Positions 56,745 through 64,000 of a stretch of DNA of 64,000 nucleotides are shown here, in pieces. Every line of letters starts with the position of its first letter. The stretch's first letter is position 1. The position numbers and the translations under genes are program-made. The notes beneath the pieces were generated by a model. That model saw only the letters and a list, made by a program, of their open reading frames with translations, had not been told where the DNA came from and did no database searches. Source of the DNA: Candidatus Poseidoniales archaeon. GTDB taxonomy: Archaea; Thermoplasmatota; Poseidoniia; Poseidoniales; Poseidoniaceae. The stretch lies in the NCBI GenBank assembly GCA_038144595.1, contig JAYQOB010000008.1:151871-215870 (forward strand), written 5' to 3'.

Positions 56745-59700
56745 ATGTCAAATCAAACACACCCGAAAACCAAGCCAATTTTCCTGATGTTGTTGATGCT
56801 TCTCGCTCCGTTTGCCTCTGCCAACGTCACCACGTTCGCTGACGGCAGTTCGGAGGTCGACATCGAAATTCGAGACGGCAACGACCTCGAGAATCTGGTC
56901 GACGGCGCCATCAACCTTCCCGACGGTGAAACGGTCACCGGGGCTTCAATGATCATCCACACCCAGATGGTTGAGCACGGTGCTCACTCCCGCATCGACG
57001 CAGAAATTGACGTTGGAAGCGGGCCCGGGGTGCGTGTTTGGAACCCCCAGTACAACAACCAACTCACTGATTTTTCCGATGAATCCCTCTTCCAGTACGA
57101 GGACGGAAATCAAGCGACGGCCATTTCTCTGGTTTCCGAAGGCTTCCTCACTGATTTCGAAGGTACTCCTGCAGGCTTCACTGATTCAACGGACCCCACC
57201 CTCATGCCGTCCAGCGGCATCGGCTGGGAGCACGGTTCGCTCTCAACGACCGACATTCCCGGCGGCTGCGCCTCTGGACAACAGTGCTGGGGCACCAACC
57301 TCGCCGACACCAACTACACCGACGATAACGACGACGGTAACACCCCACCTTCCTACCTGCCGTTCACCGTCTCCATGACGAGCGCTGAATTGTTTGTCGA
57401 CCCGCTCCTCAAGAGCAAGACGGCGTACTTCGACTCCTGGCACAACCTCGAAACGTCGACCGGTTCCCAACAGAACAGCAAGCGCTTCTCGGACTGCGCC
57501 TACCTTGAAATCCGCTCCTCGCCCAATCCCGGTTTCCCACCCGACAACACCGGCTTCGAGTACATCGCCATCGACCAGCAAGCCAGCACCGGTTTGGTGT
57601 ACGGTACCAACTACGCTCAAGGTGGCGGCTTTGGAAGCAACTGGGACGGAAAGATCACCAGCAACTGCGGTGGCCTGCAAAACGGCAGCCAATGGGAGTG
57701 GGGCCTTGCAGGTTCCTCCACGACGGCCCAGAACCCCACGGGTTGGACCAACATCGCCGTTGACCTGACGGATTACATCGACGAGTACGTCCAACTTCGC
57801 TTCGTCCTTGACCACACCGCACGTTCCGCCATGAACATCGATGACAACATGTCGGGCTGGTACGTCGACAACTTCCGACTGGGCGACCTCTTGCCTCAGA
57901 GCGCCAGCATGACCGTCCGTGGCATGACGCCGTCAACCTTGGGCGGTGAAAACCACCCCAACGGCTACGGCATTTTGACCGTTGAAGCCGAGACGTCCCT
58001 TTCTGCCACGCTGACCGTCGATGTTCTCGACACCAACAACAACCCCATCACGGGCAAGGACGGCTCCATGATGACCGGTCTTTCCGGCGACATCATCGAA
58101 TTGTGGAACATCGATACGGCGGACTACCGTGCTGTCAACCTGAAGTTCAACTTCGACTCGGGTCCCGACCGACTCTCGACGCCGGTTCTCCACGGTTTCA
58201 GCATCGGTTCCCGCGTGGGAACTGGCTTCAACTTCTCGGCGATTGGCCCTGTTCAAATCGACGGCGGCATCTGGCAAACAATGGGCGGTGGAGAGCCCAT
58301 GATCTACGTTCCGAACCTGATACGGGACGCCTACAGCCCTGCACTCGAGCGCAGCAAGTTCAGCTACCCCATCACCGCCATGACGCCGGTCATCCAAGAC
58401 GACTGCAGCGAATCCCCGTCCATTGAGATCACGCCCACCGGCCAAACCACCAGCGTCAGCGTTGAAGACGGCGTGAGGTCCACCTTTGACGAACCGTTGT
58501 TCGGCTTCAACGCCGTGACCTCGTACCAAGGACCTTGTGACGTCGGTGGCATTTGGTTTGACTTGGAATTTGGACACCACGCCGAGAACGTTGTAATCGA
58601 CGTGGCCAACGATGGCGACGTCGACTACGGTTTCACCGAGCCCGCGTTTGACATGTTTGGTCGTCAAACCAAATTTGTCTCGGGCACCGTTGACGGTGTC
58701 AACTACGCTGCCGATGATGCCACCCTCACCCTTGGGGTGAACGGCCAAGCGACCGGCGGCTTCTTCCTCCTGCCCGAAGGGGCCGACATTACGGCCGCAG
58801 ATTTCGGTATGGACCAAATTTCCATCCGCTCGAACAGTGACCCGACCGAGGGCTTCGAACTCACGCTCATGGCCGGCTCCCAATCCGTTGTGCTCGGCGA
58901 CATGCCCAACAGCACCATGCTGGTTCAGGAGATGCTCAACCAGCCCATGGACTTCGTAGGCGCTCTGAAGAGCCTGATGACCAATCCTTCCGTTGCGGGC
59001 ACGCACCAGGACGAGTTTGGCCGCTACTGGGTCATGTTCCGGTTCATGGTTGATTCGCCGAACGCCTCGTCAGGAACCACGCTGGACATCGTCGACCTCG
59101 ACATCGTCTACGATTACGCCACCACCCTCGACGAGACCGACGGCTTCGACATCGAACTCAACCAGGGCGTTGCCCTGTGGACCGGTGGCGCGACCGCAAC
59201 CGTTCCCGTCGCCGTGTACAGTTCCACCGGTGGCGGCGTGATGCTGAGTGACCTGAGCGTCTCGTCCAGCACCGGCTACAGCAACACGCTGACCCTCACC
59301 GACAACCCGGTTGGCCTGTACCCGAACGGCGACATCTACGAAGTGGTCACGACGCACGCCGTTGACCCCTTGACCGGCGCTGCACTGGCCGAGGCCTGGC
59401 TGACCTTCGAGTCCGAATCTGGCTACATCAAACTCTCCTGGAGCGACTTCATGTCCTTCGCTGAAGCCAGCGACGAGCACGACCACATCCAACTTGAGTC
59501 CACGTCCTCGGTGGCGGACATCACCAACGGCAAGGAGATCACCTGGCACTTCCGCGTCAACCCAACCTGGGATGATACGCCCGCCGTTCGCATGTACGCT
59601 GGTCTCACGGCCACCAACGGTGTCAACGGACTTCCCGACGCTGTGTTGCTCGAACCTTCGGTCGGCAACGCCGTGGAAAACGATGCGGGCATCACCTCCT

Positions 59701-62632
59701 TTGAGTTGCAAAACAGCATCGGTGCACCGCAGTCCTTGAGTGGGGCTGAATCGGGACAAGACATCAACCTCATCGGCCAAATCCGCCTTGAGGACCTGAA
59801 CGAAGCACCCGACCCCTCCTCCTACTTCCTCACGCTTGAATTGAAGCACGTCAACACGACCGACGGCAACATCACCGTGGAGTGGGAAGAGGTGGCGAAC
59901 CGCTCTGGCGTCATCGGCGGCGACTTCAACTGGAACGTCGACCTTGGTGCCGCAGCGGGCAGCGAAACCTACCGCTTCGCAGCACGTGGGTACGACGGCG
60001 GTGAACTGCTGTGCCCGCCTTCGCAGTACAACCCCGACGAAACCTGCGCCATTCCGTTCGACATCACCATTGACACCTACGAGCCGAACCTGCTCGACCT
60101 TCAGGTGCTCAGCCCCGGAACCGACGCCAACGTCGACTCCAACTGGCGAACCCTGCTTGACGACACCTGGGTGGTTCCTCAGGCGAACCAGCAAATTCGC
60201 ATGTCGAGCCAAGACCTGCCAAGCCCGCCCGCCACGCTTGACCTCCACCTTTGGGTTGAGAACGACCACGATGCGAACAGCGACGGTCTGCCCGATGCAG
60301 ATGAATACATCACCATCACGCTCAACGGCGACGGTGAAGCACCAACGGCCAACTACTCTGGCAACTACAACGACTTGGCCAACGAAGGCCTGGAAGGCAA
60401 GGTGTCGCTCTGGATTGAAGGGTACGACCTCGCAGGCAACCCCATCGACGGTGGCGGGCCTGGCTTTGACAACGACCAGGTCACCTACGTGTCGATGTCG
60501 TCCAAGACGCCGGTGATTCGCAACTTCTTCATCGAGGACTCGAAGGGAAGCAGTTTCCTGAACTCCAACGAACTTCAGTGGGACGGCACGTGGAACCAAA
60601 CCATGTACGCCGGCAACACCTACCACCTCATCCTTGAGGCCAGCGACGACAACGGTTGGCGAGACGTTGACTTCTTCCAAGTTAACCTCGACAAGACTGC
60701 TGATGACATGACCGTGTGGTACTTCCCACGCAACCAAACCGCCTGGACCGACAGCCCACATATCGACATCGTGTACGACGGGGACATCGCTCCCACCATG
60801 CTGACCATGGACAACACGGACCTCATCGACCCCTTCGAATCCGATTTCATTCTGAACATCCCAATTCGAATCGACTGGGGCATCGTTGGTCTTGACGGCA
60901 AGGACATTGAGCCCAAGTTGCAGATGCAGGACCTTGACAACCCGCTTTACACGATGCTTTCGGGTGTCCCGGGCCGCTACATCCAGATTTGGCGATACAG
61001 CGACGGCATTCAACTCGACTTCCGAACCGACGAGGTGAACAACCTCATGGTCACCCCGATGTTTGAAGATGCCAGTGCACCGTTCACCAGCGATGTCCGT
61101 CAAGGCTTCATCTTTGCCGGCGACACCGTGCAATTCACCGGTCAGTTTGCGTTCCGTGAGGGTATCTTTGACAGCGTCTACATCAACCCCGAAGTTGAAC
61201 TGACGCTGGAGATCACCCGTGCGGATGCTGCAGAGGATTTCAACAAGGGCTACATCGCCACACCCGGCGAGGTCATCACGCACACCTTCACCGGTGGTGT
61301 GTTTGACATCAACATCACAGCACCTGTGTTCACCAACGAATACACCTACACGTACAAGCTCATCAACCTGCCCGACGGAGCTGAAGACTTCACGGCAGCG
61401 CTTTGCGCCACGTCGACCTCCTACGGTTGCGGTGAGTTCACCCTGAAGGTTGACCGAACACCCCCGAGGTGTTGCCCAACACGTGGCTTGCTGAGAAGGG
61501 TGCCCTGCCGACCGGTGCGGACGACCGCATCATCTCCAACACCCTGTCCACGGCCAACTACCACTGCGTTGACATTCAGGCCCAAATCAAGGAGCAGGAA
61601 GCCATGTTCCCCGGTGATCTTCAAGTCAACTGGATGTTCTACAGCAACACCATTGACTACACGCCGTGGTCCGAATACGCCGAATACTTCGGATTCGAAC
61701 CTTCCTCGGCCACGTTGTCGTTGAGCACCCTCAGCGGTGGCTACCTGGCAACGGCGACCTGCCTTGACCTGTGGCCCCTGTCCGACAACGAGCCACGCGT
61801 GTTCGATGCCGAGGTGAACGAAGCCAACCAGCCCACGGTCGTGTTCTGGATTTCAGGTGCCGACTCCGCCGGTTCGACCGTTCGCTTGGGCGGTGGAGCA
61901 CAGGAGGACGGCAGCGTGCTGCCCATCTTCTCCGGTCAGGCCCAGCACAAGTCCGAATACACCTTCATCGAAGAGAAGGCCACGTTCGAGATTCAGGACG
62001 TGCTCTTGAGCGAAGACCCACGTGTTGGCGAGAGCATGAAACTCCGCATCAAGGTCAAGAACACCGGTTCGATGGCCGGCGTGGCCGATTTGGTCATCAA
62101 GTCGGTGACCGATGGCGGTACCCCGGTGGTTGAAGACACGGTCTCAACGCCCGAACTGGGCATTCAAGAAGTGAGCGACTGGGTTGAAGTCACCCTCGCT
62201 CCGTTTGCCGCTCAAACCACGGGCATGTACTACACCATCAGCCTCAACGGTTCCAGCGAGAGCATCTACGATGGTTCTCAAGGCCAGTGGGCCGACGTGT
62301 TCAACGTCAAGGTGCAGGCAGAAGAGGACGATTCCAACCTGTTGCTCATCGTCATCATCTTGGTCGCCGTGGTCGGCGTCCTCGGTACGCTGGTCTTCGT
62401 GCTCGCCCGTCGGGGCGGCGGTGCCTCCATGCTTGACGATGAATACGAGGAAGAGGACGATGATGAGGGCTACGGCGAGGCCAAGGTCCTTGCACAGATC
62501 CCTGCCGATGTTGATCCCGAGATGGCACGAGCCATGCAGCAGTTCCCGCAGTGGACTCAAGAAGAAATCCAAGGCTACTTTGACCAAGGATGGAACATTG
62601 AGTCCCTTCAGGACTGGGTCAACAACCAGTGA
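56745..62632 (+). CDS. Giant (~1960 aa) secreted, membrane-anchored surface protein (frameshift near 61465)
   Basis: Signal peptide in ORF 56745..61724; TM anchor and acidic tail in ORF 61469..62632; one extra C in the C-run at 61461-61465 joins them (DRTPPEVLPN). D/T/G-rich beta domains and a DANSDGLPDADE Ca-loop-like motif. Confidence 0.8.
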
Positions 62633-62641
62633 GGCCCCTGC

Positions 62642-63442
62642 ATGTCCTCGTTGTGGACCGATACGGTCTGGGAGGACCCTGACGGCGGACGCGTCATCGT
62701 TCACGGCACGATGCCAACGGTGGTGTATCCCAACGCCATGCGGCCACGGGCGACCTGGCACGGTCTGGCGCTGCTCGAATCGCCCGATGTCGTCGACCTG
62801 TGGATTCAGGAAGAAGCGGATGAAGCGGAATCACAAGGCATCAACCTCACGCATGCGCTGCTCTCCGGCGGGGCTTTCGGCAAATACATCGAAGGCATCG
62901 AGACGCTTGAGGGCCTTCAGGGCGGTCGTTTTCCCGATCCTGAACCTCGTCGTCTCCAGCGAAACGCCGACCGACACGGCCGGGCGGTCTTCTTTATCGA
63001 ACCCCTGGCCGATGATGAGGACTGGGGCGATTATCTGACCCAGGAAGCAAGAGCCGTCTCCCACTGGCGAAAATTACTGGGCATGGTCCGCGTGGGGAAG
63101 CGATGGAAAAAGAGCGTCAAGCAACATCTGTTCAACGCCCAACCACCACCGAAGGGGCAATCCGTAGACTATTCGACAGCGAGCGTGTTGGCCGCTGCGT
63201 GGTGGGACCTCTCCGAATGGTTGAGCACGCCCGCTCTCGCGAACCGCCGCGATGAGCGCTACGCTGCGCGTGCACGGGGCGCCCTTGCCTCGCTTCGGTC
63301 CTACCTTGGGGATGACGCCACCCTGCTGCTCGTGGTTCACCAGCCTCACGCAGCGGCCATGGTGAAGGCGCTGGATGCAAACATGACGGTGGAGGAGATT
63401 TCATCAACAGCCGCCACCTCCACCCACACGGAGGAAGAGTGA
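62642..63442 (+). CDS. Hypothetical protein
   Basis: 266-aa ORF in an operon-like run; no recognised family. Confidence 0.7.
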   Translation: MSSLWTDTVWEDPDGGRVIVHGTMPTVVYPNAMRPRATWHGLALLESPDVVDLWIQEEADEAESQGINLTHALLSGGAFGKYIEGIETLEGLQGGRFPDPEPRRLQRNADRHGRAVFFIEPLADDEDWGDYLTQEARAVSHWRKLLGMVRVGKRWKKSVKQHLFNAQPPPKGQSVDYSTASVLAAAWWDLSEWLSTPALANRRDERYAARARGALASLRSYLGDDATLLLVVHQPHAAAMVKALDANMTVEEISSTAATSTHTEEE

Positions 63443-63443
63443 G

Positions 63444-63986
63444 ATGGCCACTGGAAGCATTGACGTGCGCGTTGAAAACCAACTCGTCCGATTTGTCTGT
63501 CCAACGCCCCTCAACCACGACCGTGTGGTCGCCGAGGTCGGCGGTCAACGCAACAGTGGCGTGGTGATCAAAGCGATGGATCGGCCACGAGCCACCCTTG
63601 TCATCGACGAAGAGGGGCGCATCGTCGTTCACGGTACGCACCGCGTCGAAGCAGCTCGTGCCGCCGCCAAGGAACTGCTCCTCCGCATGGGCATGGATGA
63701 CAACGGTTTGGTGGCCGAGATGGGCCCTGTCGTTGTCTCGTTCCAGTTTGAGCAGTCCGTCAACCTCGAAGCCATCCCGGCCTCACTCCCCTCGGGTTCG
63801 GCCGAATACGATGCACGCTTGGGATGCACGACGCTGACCGATACACGCCACAGCCTGACCGTTCAGATTTGGCCCAACGGAAAGTGCGTCGTCGCCGACG
63901 CTCGACACCCCAACATGGTGGCGATGGCCGCTGTTTATTGGAAGGGCGTGTTCGCCGAGCAAGGATGGTTCGTGCAACGAATTTGA
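63444..63986 (+). CDS. Divergent TATA-binding-protein-fold protein
   Basis: 180 aa in two ~90-aa repeats that echo TBP: V.VEN..V...LN, PRATLVI..EG.IVV.G, VVVS....VNL.AI, EY, I..NGK.VV..A. Confidence 0.6.
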   Translation: MATGSIDVRVENQLVRFVCPTPLNHDRVVAEVGGQRNSGVVIKAMDRPRATLVIDEEGRIVVHGTHRVEAARAAAKELLLRMGMDDNGLVAEMGPVVVSFQFEQSVNLEAIPASLPSGSAEYDARLGCTTLTDTRHSLTVQIWPNGKCVVADARHPNMVAMAAVYWKGVFAEQGWFVQRI

Positions 63987-64000
63987 GGGGCTCGCATGGT

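Noticed and set aside
59070..61283. Long antisense ORFs (e.g. 59070..61283, 51038..52705, 31087..32403, 48774..50024)
   Set aside because: Shadow frames of real genes caused by high-GC codon bias; they carry no motifs of their own.
1..64000. CRISPR array, cas genes, integrase, transposase or reverse transcriptase
   Set aside because: No regularly spaced repeats and no recognisable motifs in any ORF.

Overview
This 64 kb window is mostly core archaeal chromosome, about 55-60% GC by spot counts. Its gene content (Alba, Bud32, Orc1/Cdc6, archaeal CoaD-DUF359, Bat-type HTH, DUF3860-like protein, giant acidic surface proteins, bacterial-type GlpX and acyl-CoA enzymes) best fits Marine Group II Thermoplasmatota (Poseidoniales); that placement is an inference. 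It holds about 50 densely packed CDSs and one tRNA-Gly(GCC). Eleven genes carry small frameshifts, many in homopolymer runs, which look like long-read consensus errors. The five most notable items are: (1) a ~1.9 kb AT-rich, ORF-poor island (38143-40140) bounded by 43-bp inverted repeats that sit in covarying hairpins, one containing a hammerhead-like CTGATGA...GAA core; (2) a BoxB-like di-iron ring-epoxidase gene with a Bat-type regulator, a tandem palindromic operator and scattered candidate partner enzymes, suggesting an archaeal aerobic aryl-CoA epoxidation pathway; (3) a highly divergent TBP-fold protein lacking the DNA-intercalating Phe residues; (4) ORB-like boxes and an AT-rich tract about 5 kb from cdc6 (candidate oriC); (5) an agmatinase/SpeD-fold/bacterial-type DHS cluster (possible homospermidine route). 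All family calls come from motif recognition by eye; no database searches were run.
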